64,000 nucleotides of DNA, from the NCBI GenBank assembly GCA_030390025.1, contig CM059438.1, positions 56,112,001-56,176,000 on the forward strand, in the 5' to 3' direction. Of this stretch, positions 35,801 through 50,371 are shown piece by piece. The notes beneath the pieces are model-generated. The model saw only the letters and a program-made list of their open reading frames with translations, did no database searches and was not told the DNA's origin. Numbering within the stretch: position 1 is the stretch's first letter; every line of letters begins with the position of its first letter. Made by a program: the position numbers and the translations under genes. Source of the stretch: Squalus acanthias. Lineage: Eukaryota.

Positions 35801-38800
35801 TCTCCCCCTCACTCCCCACACCCTTTAATATCCCACCCAGTCTAATCCCACTCTCCTGCTCACTCCCCACACCCTTTAATATTCCACCCAGTCTATTCCC
35901 ACTCTCCCCCTCACTCCCCGTACCCTTTAATAACCCACCCAGTCTCATCCCACCCTCCCGCTCACTCCCCATACCCTTTAATACCCCACCCAGTCTAATC
36001 CCACTCTCCTGCTCACTCCCCATACCCTTTAATATCCCACCCAGTCCAATCCCACTCTCCCGCTCACTCCCCATACCCTTTAATATCCCACCCAGTCTAA
36101 TCCCACTCTCCCGCTCACTCCCCACACCCTTTAATATCCCTCCCAGTCCAATCCCAATCTCCATCTCACTCCCCATAGCCTTTAATATCCCACCCAGTCT
36201 AATCCCACTCTCCCGCTCACTCCCCATACCCTTTAATATCCCACCCAGTCCAATCCCAATCTCCATCTCACTCCCCATAGCCTTTAATAACCCACACAGT
36301 CTAATCCCACTCTCCCGCTCACTCCCCATACCCTTTAATATCCCACCCAGGCTAATCCCACTCTCCTGCTCACTCCCCGTACCCTTTAATTTCCCACCCA
36401 GTCCAATCCCACTCTCCCGCTCACTCCCCATACCTTTTAGTATCCCACCCAGTCTAATCCCACTCTCCCACTCATTCCCTACACCCTTTAATGACCCACC
36501 CAGTCTAATCCCACTCTCCTGCTCACTCCCCACACCCTTTAATGACCCACCCAGTCTAATCCCACTCTCCTACTCACTCCGCATAACCTTTAATATACTT
36601 CCAGTCTAATCCCACTCTCCCGCTCACTCCCCACAGCCTTTAATATCCCACCCAGTCGAATACACTCTCCCGCTCACACCCCATACCCTTTAATATCCCA
36701 CCCAGTCTAATCCCACTCTCCTGCTCACTCCCCACACCCTTTAATATCTCACCCAGTCGAATCCCACTCTCCCGCTCACTCCCCATATCCTTTAATATCC
36801 CACCCAGTCTAATCCCACTCTCCCGATCACTTCCTTTACTCTTTTATATTCCACCCAGTCTAATCCCACTTTCCCGCTCACTCCCCGCACCGTTTAATTT
36901 CCCACCCAATCTAATCACACTCTCCTCCTCACTCCCCGTACCCTTTAATATCCCACCCAGTCTAATGCCACCCTCTTCCTCACTCCCCGCACCCTTTAAT
37001 ATCCCACCCAGTCTAATCCCACTGTCCCGCTCACTCTCCGCACCCTTTAATATCCCACCCAGTCTAATCCCACTCTCCCCTTCACTCCCCAAACCCTTTA
37101 ATATCCCACCCAGTCTAATCCCACCCTCTTCTTCACTCCCTGAACCCTTTAATATCCCACCCAGTCTAATCCCACTCTCCCGCTCACTCCCCACACCCTT
37201 TAATGTCCCACCCTGTCTAATCCCACTCTCCCCCTCACTCCCCACACCCTTTAATATCCCACCGAGTCTAATCCCACTCTCCCCCTCACTCTCCGCACCC
37301 TTTAATATCCCACCCAGTCTAATCCCACTCTCCCCTTCACTCCCCAAACCCTTTAATATCCCACCCAGTCTAATCCCACCCTCTTCTTCACTCCCTGAAC
37401 CCTTTAATATCCCACCCAGTCTAATCCCACTCTCCCGCTCACTCCCCACACCCTTTAATGTCCCACCCTGTCTAATCCCACTCTCCCCCTCACTCCCCAC
37501 ACCCTTTAATATCCCACCGAGTCTAATCCCACTCTCCCCCTCACTCCCCACAACCTTTAATATCGCACCCAGTCTAATCCCACTCTCCCGCTCACTCCCC
37601 ACACCCTTTAATATCCCACCCAGTCTAATCCCACTCTCCTGCTCACTCCCCACATCCTTTAACATCCCACCCAGACTAATCCCACTCTACCGCTCTTTTA
37701 CCCTTTAATATCCCACCTTATCTAATCACACCCTCCCGCTCACTTCCCACACACTTCAAAATCACACCCAGTCTAATCCCAATCTCCCGCTCACTTCCCA
37801 AACCCTTTAATATCCCACCGAGTCTAATCCCATTCTCGCGCTCTCTCCCCACACACTTTAATATCCCACCCAGACTAATCCCACTCTCCCGCTCACTCCC
37901 CACACCCTTTAATATCGCACCCAGTCTAATCCCACTCTCCTGCTCACTCCCCATACCTTTTAATATCGATCCCAGTCTAATCCCACTCTCCCCCTCTCTC
38001 CCCACACCCTTTAATATCCCACCCAGTCTAATCACACTCTCCCTTTCACTCCCATTACCCTTTAATATCCCACCCAGTCTAATCACAATCTCCCTTTTAC
38101 TCCCATTACCCTTTAATATCCCACTCAGTCTTATCCCACTCTCCCCTTCACTCCCATTTCCCAGTAATATCCCACCCAGACCAATCCCACTCGACCGCTC
38201 TTCTACCCTTTAATATCCCACCTGATCTAATCACACCCTCCCGCTCACTTCCCACACCCTTTAAAATCACACCCAGTCTAATCCCACTCTCCCGCTCACT
38301 CCCCACACCCTTTCTATCCCACCCAGTCTAATCCCACTCTCATTCACACTCCCCACAACCTTTAATATCCCACCAACACAAATCCCACACTCCCACTCAC
38401 TCCCCATACCCTTTAATATCCCCCCAGTCTAATCCCACTCTCCCGCTCACTCCCCATACCCTTTAACATCCCACCCAGTCTATTCCCACTCTCCCCCTCA
38501 CTCCCCGTACCCTTGAATAACCAACCCACTCTAATCCCACTCTCCTGCTCACTCCCCACACCCTTTAACAACCCACCCAGTCTAATCCCATTCTCCCACT
38601 CACACCCCAGACCCTTTAATATCCCACCCAGTCTAATCCCACTCTCCTGCTCACTCCCCACACCCTTTAATATCCCACCGAGTCTAATCCCACTCTCCCC
38701 CTCACTCCCCACAACCTTTAATATCCCACCCAGTCTAATCCCACTCTCCTGCTCACTCCCCACACCCTTTAATATCCCACCCAGACTAATCCCACTCTCC

Positions 38801-41800
38801 CGCTCACTCCCCACACCCTTTAATATCCCACCCAGTCTAATCCCACTCTCCTGCTCACTCCCCACATCCTTTAACATCCCACCCAGACTAATCCCACTCT
38901 ACCGCTCTTTTACCCTTTAATATCCCACCTTATCTAATCACACCCTCCCGCTCACTTCCCACACGCTTTAAAATCACACCCAGTCTAATCCCACTCTCCC
39001 CCTCACTCCCCACACCCTTTAATATCCCACCGAGTCTAATCCCACTCTCCCCCTCACTCTCCGCACCCTTTAATATCCCACCCAGTCTAATCCCACTCTC
39101 CCCTTCACTCCCCAAACCCTTTAATATCCCACCCAGTCTAATCCCACCCTCTTCTTCACTCCCTGAACCCTTTAATATCCCACCCAGTCTAATCCCACTC
39201 TCCCGCTCACTCCCCACACCCTTTAATGTCCCACCCTGTCTAATCCCACTCTCCCCCTCACTCCCCACACCCTTTAATATCCCACCGAGTCTAATCCCAC
39301 TCTCCCCCTCACTCCCCACAACCTTTAATATCGCACCCAGTCTAATCCCACTCTCCCGCTCACTCCCCACACCCTTTAATATCCCACCCAGTCTAATCCC
39401 ACTCTCCTGCTCACTCCCCACATCCTTTAACATCCCACCCAGACTAATCCCACTCTACCGCTCTTTTACCCTTTAATATCCCACCTTATCTAATCACACC
39501 CTCCCGCTCACTTCCCACACACTTCAAAATCACACCCAGTCTAATCCCAATCTCCCGCTCACTTCCCAAACCCTTTAATATCCCACCGAGTCTAATCCCA
39601 TTCTCGCGCTCTCTCCCCACACACTTTAATATCCCACCCAGACTAATCCCACTCTCCCGCTCACTCCCCACACCCTTTAATATCGCACCCAGTCTAATCC
39701 CACTCTCCTGCTCACTCCCCATACCTTTTAATATCGATCCCAGTCTAATCCCACTCTCCCCCTCTCTCCCCACACCCTTTAATATCCCACCCAGTCTAAT
39801 CACACTCTCCCTTTCACTCCCATTACCCTTTAATATCCCACCCAGTCTAATCACAATCTCCCTTTTACTCCCATTACCCTTTAATATCCCACTCAGTCTT
39901 ATCCCACTCTCCCCTTCACTCCCATTTCCCAGTAATATCCCACCCAGACCAATCCCACTCGACCGCTCTTCTACCCTTTAATATCCCACCTGATCTAATC
40001 ACACCCTCCCGCTCACTTCCCACACCCTTTAAAATCACACCCAGTCTAATCCCACTCTCCCGCTCACTCCCCACACCCTTTCTATCCCACCCAGTCTAAT
40101 CCCACTCTCATTCACACTCCCCACAACCTTTAATATCCCACCAACACAAATCCCACACTCCCACTCACTCCCCATACCCTTTAATATCCCCCCAGTCTAA
40201 TCCCACTCTCCCGCTCACTCCCCATACCCTTTAACATCCCACCCAGTCTATTCCCACTCTCCCCCTCACTCCCCGTACCCTTGAATAACCAACCCACTCT
40301 AATCCCACTCTCCTGCTCACTCCCCACACCCTTTAACAACCCACCCAGTCTAATCCCATTCTCCCACTCACACCCCAGACCCTTTAATATCCCACCCAGT
40401 CTAATCCCACTCTCCTGCTCACTCCCCACACCCTTTAATATCCCACCGAGTCTAATCCCACTCTCCCCCTCACTCCCCACAACCTTTAATATCCCACCCA
40501 GTCTAATCCCACTCTCCTGCTCACTCCCCACACCCTTTAATATCCCACCCAGACTAATCCCACTCTCCCGCTCACTCCCCACACCCTTTAATATCCCACC
40601 CAGTCTAATCCCACTCTCCTGCTCACTCCCCACATCCTTTAACATCCCACCCAGACTAATCCCACTCTACCGCTCTTTTACCCTTTAATATCCCACCTTA
40701 TCTAATCACACCCTCCCGCTCACTTCCCACACGCTTTAAAATCACACCCAGTCTAATCCCAATCTCCCGCTCACTTCCCACACCCTTTAATATCCCACCG
40801 AGTCTAATCCCATTCTCGCGCTCTCTCCCCACACACTTTAATATCCCACCCAGTCTAATCCCACTCTCCCGCTCACTCCCCACACCCTTTAATATCGCAC
40901 CCAGTCTAATCCCACTCTCCTGCTCACTCCCCATACCTTTTAATATCGATCCCAGTCTAATCCCACTCTCCCCCTCTCTCCCCACACCCTTTAATATCCC
41001 ACCCAGTCTAATCACACTCTCCCTTTCACTCCCATTACCCTTTAATATCCCACCCAGTCGAATCACACTCTCCCTTTTACTCCCATTACCCTTTAATATC
41101 CCCCCAGTCTAATCCCACTCTCCCGCTCACTCCCCATACCCTTTAACATCCCACCCAGTCTATTCCCACTCTCCCCCTCACTCCCCGTACCCTTGAATAA
41201 CCCACCCACTCTAATCCCACTCTCCTGCTCACTCCCCACACCCTTTAACAACCCACCCAGTCTAATCCCATTCTCCCACTCACACCCCAGACCCTTTAAT
41301 ATCCCACCCAGTCTAATCCCACTCTCCTGCTCACTCCCCACACCCTTTAATATCCCACCCAGTCTAATCCCACTCTCCCGCTCACTCCCCACACCCTTTA
41401 ATATCCCACCCAGTCGAATCCCACTCTCCCCCTCACTCCCCACACCCTTTAATATCCCACCCAGTCTAATCCCACTCTCCCCCTCTCTCCCCACGCCATT
41501 TAATATCCCACCCAGTCTAATCCCATTCTCCTGCTCACTCCCCATACCTTTTAATATCGATCCCAGTCTAATCCCAGTCTCCTCCTCTCTCCCCACACCC
41601 TTTAATATCCCACACAGTCTAATCCCTCTCCCCCGCTCATTCCCCGTACCCTTTAATATCACACCCAGTCGAATCCCACTGTCCTGCTCACTCCCCACAT
41701 CCTTTAACATCCCAACCAGACTAATCCCACTCGACCGCTCTTTTACCCTTTAATATCCCACTTTATCTAATCCCACTCTCCCGCTCACTGCCCACACCCT

Positions 41801-44800
41801 TTAATATCCCACCGTGTCTCATCCCACTCTCCCGCTCACTCCCCACACCCTTTATAATCCCACCGAGTCTAATCCCAATTCCTGCTCACTCCCCACACCC
41901 TTTAATATCCCGCCCAGTCTATTCCCACTCTCCTTCTCACTCCCCACACCCTTTAATATCTCAGCCAGTCTAATCCCACTCTCCCCCTCACTCCCCACAC
42001 CCTTTAATATCCCACCCAGTCTAATCCCACTCTCCCGCTCACTCCCCATACCCTTTATATCCCACCCAGTCTAATCCCACTCTCATTCACACTCCCCACA
42101 ACCTTTAATATCCCAACCACACAAATCCCACACTCCCACTCACTCCCCATACCCTTTAATATCCCTCCAGTCTAATCCCCTCTGCCGTTCACTCCCCATA
42201 CCCTTTAATATCCCACCCAGTCTAATCCCACTCTCCTGCTCACTCCCCACACCCTTTAATGACCCACCCAGTCTAATCCCAGTCTCCCGCTCACTCCCCA
42301 CACCCTTTAATATCCCACCCAGTCGAATACACTCTCCCGCTCACTCCCCACACCCTTTAATATCCCACCCAGTCTAATCCCACTCTCCTGCTCACTCCCC
42401 ACACCCTTTAATATCCCACCCAGTCGAATCCCACTCTCCCGCTCACTCCCCACACCCTTTAATATCCCACCCAGTCTAATCCCACTCTCCCGCTCACTCC
42501 CCACACCCTTTAATATCCCACCCAGTCGAATACACTCTGCCGCTCACTCCCCACACCCTTTAATGACCCACCCAGTCTAATCCCACTCTCCCGCTCACAC
42601 CCCATACCCTTTATTACCCACCCAGTCTAATCCCACTCTCCTGCTGACTCCCCACACCCTTTAATATCCCACCCAGTCGAATCCCACTCTCCCGCTCACT
42701 CCCCATATCATTTAATAACCCACCCAGTCTAATCCCACTCTCCCGATCACTTCCTTTACCCTTTTATATCCCACCCAGTCTAATCCCACTCTCCCGCTCA
42801 CTCCCCGCACCGTTTAATTTCCCACCCAATCTAATCACACTCTCCCCCTCACTCCCCGTACCCTTTAATATCCCACCCAGTCTAATGCCACCCTCTTCCT
42901 CACTCCCCGCACCCTTTAATATCCCACCCAGTCTAATCCCAGCCTCTTCTTCACTCCCCGAACCCTTTAATATCCCACCCAGTCTAATCCCACTCTCCCG
43001 CTCACTCCCCACACCCTTAAATGTCCCACCCTGTCTAATCCCACTCTCCCCCTCACTCCCCACACCCTTTAATATCCCACCCAGTCTAATCCCACTCTCC
43101 CCCTCACTCCCCACAACCTTTAATATCCCACCCAGTCTAATCCCACTCTCCTGCTCACTCCCCACACCCTTTAATGTCCCACCCAGTCTAATCCCACTCT
43201 CCTTCTCACTCCCCACACCATTTAATATCCCACCCAGTCTAATCCCACTCTCCCTCTCACTCCCCACACCCTTTAATATCCCACCCAGTCTAATCCCACT
43301 CTCCCGCTCACTCCCCACACACTTTAATATCGCACCCAGTCTAATCCCACTCTCATTCACACTCCCCACAACCTTTAATATCCCAACCACACAAATCCCA
43401 CACTCCCACTCACTCCCCATACCCTTTAATATCCCCCCAGTTTAATCCCCCTCTGCCGTTCACTCCCCATTTCCTTTAATATCCCACCCAGTCTAATCCC
43501 ACTCTCCTGCTCACTCCCCACACCCTTTAATGACCCACCCAGTCTAATCCCACTCTCCCGCTCACTCCCCACACCCTTTAAAATCCCACCCAGTCTAATC
43601 CCACTCTCCCGCTCACTCCCCACACCCTTTAATATCCCACCCAGTCGAATACACTCTCCCGCTCACACCCCATACCCTTTAATATCCCACCCAGTCTAAT
43701 CCCACTCTCCTGCTCACTCCCCACACCCTTTAATATCCCACCCAGTCGAATCCCACTCTCCCGCTCACTCCCCATATCCTTTAATATCCCACCCAGTCTA
43801 ATCCCACTCTCCCGATCACTTCCTTTACCCTTTTATGTCTCACCCAGTCTAATCCCACTCTCCCGCTCACTCCCCGCACCATTTAATTTCCCACCCAATC
43901 TAATCACACTCTCCCCCTCACTCCCCGTACCCTTTAATATCCCACCCAGTCTAATGCCACCCTCTTCCTCACTCCCCGCACCCTTTAATATCCCACCCAG
44001 TCTAATACCACTGTCCCGCTCACTCCCCGCACCCTTTAATATCCCACCCAGTCTAATCCCACTCTCCCCTTCACTCCCCACACCCTTTAATATCCCACCC
44101 AGTCTAATCCCACTCTCCCGCTCACTCCCCACACCCTTAAATGTCCCACCCTGTCTAATCCCACTCTCCCGCTCACTCCCCACACCCTTTAATATCCCAC
44201 CCAGTCTAATCCCACTCTCCCCCTCACTCCCCACAACCTTTAATATCCCACCCAGTCTAATCCCACTCTCCTGCTCACTCCCCACAACCTTTAATATCCC
44301 ACCCAGTCTAATCCCACTCTCCTGCTCACTCCCCACACCCTTTAATATCCCACCCAGTCTAATCCCACTCGCCCCTTCACTCCCATTACCCTTTAATATC
44401 CCACCCAGTCTAATCCCACTCTCCCGCTCACTCCCCACACCCTTTAATATCCCACCCAGTCTAATCCCACTCGCCCCTTCACTCCCATTACCCTTTAACA
44501 TCCCACCCAGACTAATCCCACTCTACCGCTCTTTTACCGTTTAATATCCCACCTTATCTAATCACACCCTCCCGCTCACTTCGCACACGCTTTAAAATCA
44601 CACCCAGTCTATTCCCAATCTCCCGCTCAGTCCCCACACCCTTTAATATCCCACCGAGTCTAATCCCATTCTCCCGCTCTCTCCCCACACACTTTAATAT
44701 CCCACCCAGTCTAATCCCACTCTCCCGCTCACTCCCCACACCCTTTAATATCCCACCGAGTCTAATCCCACTCTCCCCCTCACTCCCCACACCCTTTAAT

Positions 44801-47800
44801 ATCCCACCCAGTCTAATCCCACTCTCCTGCTCACTCCCCATACCTTTTAATATCGAACCCAGTCTAATCCCACTATCCCCCTCTCTCCCCACACCCTTTA
44901 ATATCCACCCATTCTAATTCCACTCCCGTGCTCACTCCCCGTACCCTTTAGTATCACACCCAGTCAAATCCCACTCTCCTCCTCACTCCCCATAGCCTTT
45001 AATATCCCACCCAGTCTAATCTCACTCTCCCTTTTACTCCCATTACCATTTAATATCCCACTCAGTTTTATCCCACTCTCCCCTTCACTCCCATTACCCA
45101 TTAATATCCCACCCAGACCAATCCCACTCGACCGCTCTTTTACCCTTTAATATCCCACCTGATCTAAACACACCCTCCCGCTCACTTCCCACACCCTTTA
45201 AAATCACACCCAGTCTAATCCCACTCTCCCGCTCACTCCCCACACACTTTATATCCCACCCAGTCTAATCCCACTTTCCCCCTCACTCCCCACAACCTTT
45301 AATATCCCACCCAGTCTAATCCCACTCTCCCCCTCACTCCCCACACCCTTTAATATCCCACCCAGTCTAATCCCACTCTCCCCCTCACTCCCCACAACCT
45401 TTAATATCGCACCCAGTCTAATCCCACTCTCCTGCTCACTCCCCACACCCTTTAATATCCCACCCAGTCTAATCCCACTCTCCCGCTCACTCCCCACACC
45501 CTTTAATATCCCACCCAGTCTAATCCCACTCTCCCCCTCACTCCCCACACCCTTTAATATCCCACCCAGTCTAATCCCACACTCCCTCTCACTCCCCACA
45601 CCCTTTAATATCCCACCCAGTCTAATCCCACTCTCCCGCTCACTCCCCACACACTTTAATATCGCACCCAGTCTAATCCCACTCTCATGCTCACTCTCCA
45701 TACCCTTTATATCCCACCCAGTCTAATCTCACTCTCATTCACACTCCCCACAACCTTTAATATCCCAACCACACAAATCCCACACTCCCACTCACTCCCC
45801 ATACCCTTTAATATCCCCCCAGTCTAATCCCCCTCTGCCGTTCACTCCCCATACCCTTTAATATCCCACCCAGTCTAATCCCACTCTCCTGCTCACTCCC
45901 CACACCCTTTAATGACCCACCCAGTCTAATCCCACTCTCCCGCTCACTCCCCACACCCTTTAATATCCCACCCAGTCTAATCCCACTCTCCCGCTCACTC
46001 CCCACACCCTTCAATATCCCACCCAGTCGAATACACTCTCCCGCTCACACCCCATACCCTTTAATATCCCACCCAGTCTAATCCCACTCTCCTGCTCACT
46101 CCCCACACCCTTTAATATCCCACCCAGTCGAATCCCACTCTCCCGCTCACTCCCCATATCCTTTAATATCCCACCCAGTCTAATCCCACTCTCCCGATCA
46201 CTTCCTTTACACTTTTATATCCCACCCAGTCTAATCCCACTCTCCCGCTCACTCCCCGCACCGTTTAATTTCCCACCCAATCTAATCACACTCTCCCCCT
46301 CACTCCCCGTACCCTTTAATATCCCACCTAGTCTAATGCCACCCTCTTCCTCACTCCCCGCACCCTTTAATATCCCACCCAGTCTAATCCCACTCTCCCC
46401 TTCACTCCCCACACCCTTTAATATCCCACCCAGTCTAATCCCACCCTCTTCTTCACTCCCTGAACTCTTTAATATCCCACCCAGTCTAATCCCAGCCTCT
46501 TCTTCACTCCCTGAACCCTTTAATATCCCACCCAGTCTAATCCCACTCTCCCGCTCACTCCCCACACCCTTAAATGTCCTACCCTGTCTAATCCCACTCT
46601 CCCCCTCACTCCCCACACCCTTTAATATCCCACCCAGTGTAATCCCACTCTCCCCCTCACTCCCCACAACCTTTAATATCCCACCCAGTCTAATCCCACT
46701 CTCCTCCTCACTCCCCACACCCTTTAATATCCCACCCAGTCTAATCCCACTCTCCCGCTCACTCCCCACACCCTTTAATATCCCACCCAGTCTAATCCCA
46801 CTCGCCCCTTCACTCCCATTACCCTTTAATATCCCACCCAGTCTAATCCCACTCTCCTGCTCACTCCCCACATGCTTTAACATCCCACCCAGACTAATCC
46901 CACTCTACCGCTCTTTTACCCTTTAATATCCCACCTTATCTAATCACACCCTCCCGCTCACTTCCCACACGCTTTAAAATCACACCCAGTCTATTCCCAA
47001 TCTCCCGCTCAGTCCCCACACCCTTTAATATCCCACCGAATCTAATCCCATTCTCGCGCTCTCTCCCCACACACTTTAATATCCCACCCAGTCTAATCCC
47101 ACTCTCCCGCTCACTCCCCACACCCTTTAATATCCCACCCGTCTAATCCCACTCTCCCCCTCACTCCCCACACCCTTTAATATCCCACCCAGTCTAATCC
47201 CACTCTCCCGCTCACTCCCCACACCCTTTAATATCGCACCCAGTATAATCCCACTCTCCTGCTCACTCCCCATACCTTTTAATATCGAACCCAGTCTAAT
47301 CCCACTCTCCCCCTCTCTCCCCACACCCTTTAATATCCACCCATTCTAATTCCAATCCCGTGCTCACTCCCCGTACCCTTTAGTATCACACCCAGTCAAA
47401 TCCCACTCTCCTCCTCACTCCCCATAGCCTTTAATATCCCACCCAGTCTAATCTCACTCTCCCTTTTACTCCCATTACCCTTTAATATCCCACTCAGTCT
47501 TATCCCACTCTCCCCTTCACTCCCATTACCCATTAATATCCCACCCAGACCAATCCCACTCGACCGCTCTTTTACCCTTTAATATCCCACCTGATCTAAA
47601 CACACCCTCCCGCTCACTTCCCACACCCTTTAAAATCACACCCAGTCTAATCCCACTCTCCCGCTCACTCCCCACACACTTTATATCCCACCCAGTCTAA
47701 TCCCACTCTCATTCACACTCCCCACAACCTTTAATATCACACCAACACAAATCCCAAACTCCCACTCACTCCCCATACACTTTAATATCCCCCCAGTCTA

Positions 47801-50151
47801 ATCCCACTCTCCCGTTCACTCCCCATACCCTTTAATATCCCACCCAGTCTAATCCAACTCTCCCGCTCACTCCCCACACCCTTTAACATCCCACCCAGTC
47901 TAATCCCACTCTCCCGCTCATTCCCCATACCCTTTAACATCCCACCCAGTCTATTCCCACTCTCCCCCTCACTCTCCACACCCTTTAATATCCCACCCAG
48001 TCTAATCCCACTCTCCTGCTCACTCCCCACACCTTTTAATATTCCACCCAGTCTATTCCCACTCTCCCCCTCACTCCCCGTACCCTTTAATAACCCACCC
48101 ACTCTAATCCCACTCTCCTGCTCACTCCCCACACCCTTTAACATCCCACCCAGTCTAATCCCACTCTCCTGCTGACTCCCCACACCCTTTAACATCCCAC
48201 CCAGTCTAATCCCACTCTCCTCTCACTCCCCACACCCTTTAACATCCCACCCAGTCTAATCCCACTCTCCCACTCACTCCTCACACCCTTTAATATCCCA
48301 CCCAGTCTAATCCCACTCTCCTGCTGACTCCCCACACCCTTTAATATCCCACCCAGTCTAATCCCACTCTCCCTGTCACTCCCCGTACCCTTTAATATCC
48401 CACCCAGTCTAATGCCACCCTCTTCCTCACTCCCCGCACCCTTTAATATCCCACCCAGTCTAATCCCACTCTCCCTGCTCACTCCCCACACCCTTTAATA
48501 TCCCACCGAGTCTAATCCCACTCTCCCCCTCACTACCCACACCCTTTAATATCCCACCCAGTCTAATCCCACTCTCCCCCTCTCTCCACACCCTTTAATA
48601 TCCCACCTAGTCTAACCCCACTCTCCCGCTCACTCCCCACACACTTTATTATCGCACCCAGTCTAATCCCACTCTCCTGCTCACTCCCCATACCTTTTAA
48701 TATCGATCCCAGTCTAATCCCAGTCTCCCCCTCTCACCCCACACCTTTTCATATCCCACCCAGTCTAATCCCACTCCCCCGCTCACTCCCCGTACCCTTT
48801 AATATCACACTCAGTCAAATCCCACTCTCCTGCTCACTCCCCATAGCCTTTTATATCCCACCCAGTCTAATCCCACTCTCCCCTTCACTCTCATTATCCT
48901 TTAATATCCCACCCAGTCTAATCCCACTCTCCTGCTCACTTCCCACATCCTTTAACATCCCACCCAGACTAATCCCACTCTACCGCTCTTTTACCCTTTA
49001 ATATGCCACTTTATCTAAACACACCCTCCCGCTTACTTCCCACACCCTTTAAAATCACACCCAGTCTAATCCCACTCTCCCGCTCACTCCCCACACCCTT
49101 TAATATCCCACAGAGTCTAATCCCACTCTCCTGCTCACTCCCCACACCCTTTATATCCCACCCAGTCTAATCCCACTCTCCCCTTCACTCTCATTATCCT
49201 TTAATATCCCACCCAGTCTAATCCCACTCTCCTGCTCACTTCCCACATCCTTTAACATCCCACCCAGACTAATCCCACTCTACCGCTCTTTTACCCTTTA
49301 ATATGCCACTTTATCTAAACACACCCTCCCGCTTACTTCCCACACCCTTTAAAATCACACCCAGTCTAATCCCACTCTCCCGCTCACTCCCCACACCCTT
49401 TAATATCCCACAGAGTCTAATCCCACCCTCCCGCTTACTTCCCACACCCTTTAAAATCACACCCAGTCTAATCCCACTCTCCCGCTCACTCCCCACACCC
49501 TTTAATATCCCACAGAGTCTAATCCCACTCTCCCGCTCACTCCCCATACCCTTTATATCCCACCCAATCTAATCCCACTCTCCCCTTCACTCCCATTACC
49601 CTTTAATATCCCACCCAGTCTAATCCCACTCTCCCCTTCACTCCCATTACCCTTTAATATCCCACCCAGACTAATCACACTCTCACTCACTCCCCATACC
49701 CTTTAATATCCCCCCAGTCAAAGCCAACTCTCCCGTTCACTCCCCATACCCTTTAATATCCCATCCAGTCTAATCCCACTCTCCCGCTCACTCCTCACAC
49801 CCTTTAACATCCCACCCAATCTAATCCCACTCTCCCGCTCACTCCCCATACCCTTTAACATCCCACCTAGTCTATTCCCACTCTCCCCCTCACTCCCCAC
49901 ACCCTTTAATATCCCACCCAGTCTAATCCCACTCTCCTGTTCACTCCCCACACCCTTTAACTTCCCACCCAGTCTAATCCCACTCTCCCACTCACACCCC
50001 AGATCCTTTAATATCCCATCCAGTCTAATCCCACTCTCCCGCTCACTCCCCATACCCGTTAACATCCCATCCAGTCTGAAGAAATTCTTCCCTTCATTTC
50101 CATTACCCTTTAATATCCCACCCTATCTAATCCCACTCTCTTGCTCACCCC

Positions 50152-50371
50152 ATGACATGATTCTTGTCATTCAAGACTTCTGACATAATACTGGACGGCC
50201 TGCTGGTGCCGCTATCCAGGGAGAGAATAAATACTCGGGTATGGGCCCAGCTTGCTCAGGACATTCTTTAACAGGAACTAAGAAAGCACAACTAGATCTC
50301 CATGTTGTAAAACAGTTGTTTAAAGCTTTGTTTAACGCTCAGACTAAGTGCCTAGTAGTTTTCTTACGTAA
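50152..50371. repeat. ~219-bp non-satellite cassette, copy 1
   Basis: TGACATGATTCTTGTCA...TTTTCTTACGTAA between C-runs of a monomer; degenerate CTCF-like motif at 50196-50214. Confidence 0.95.
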
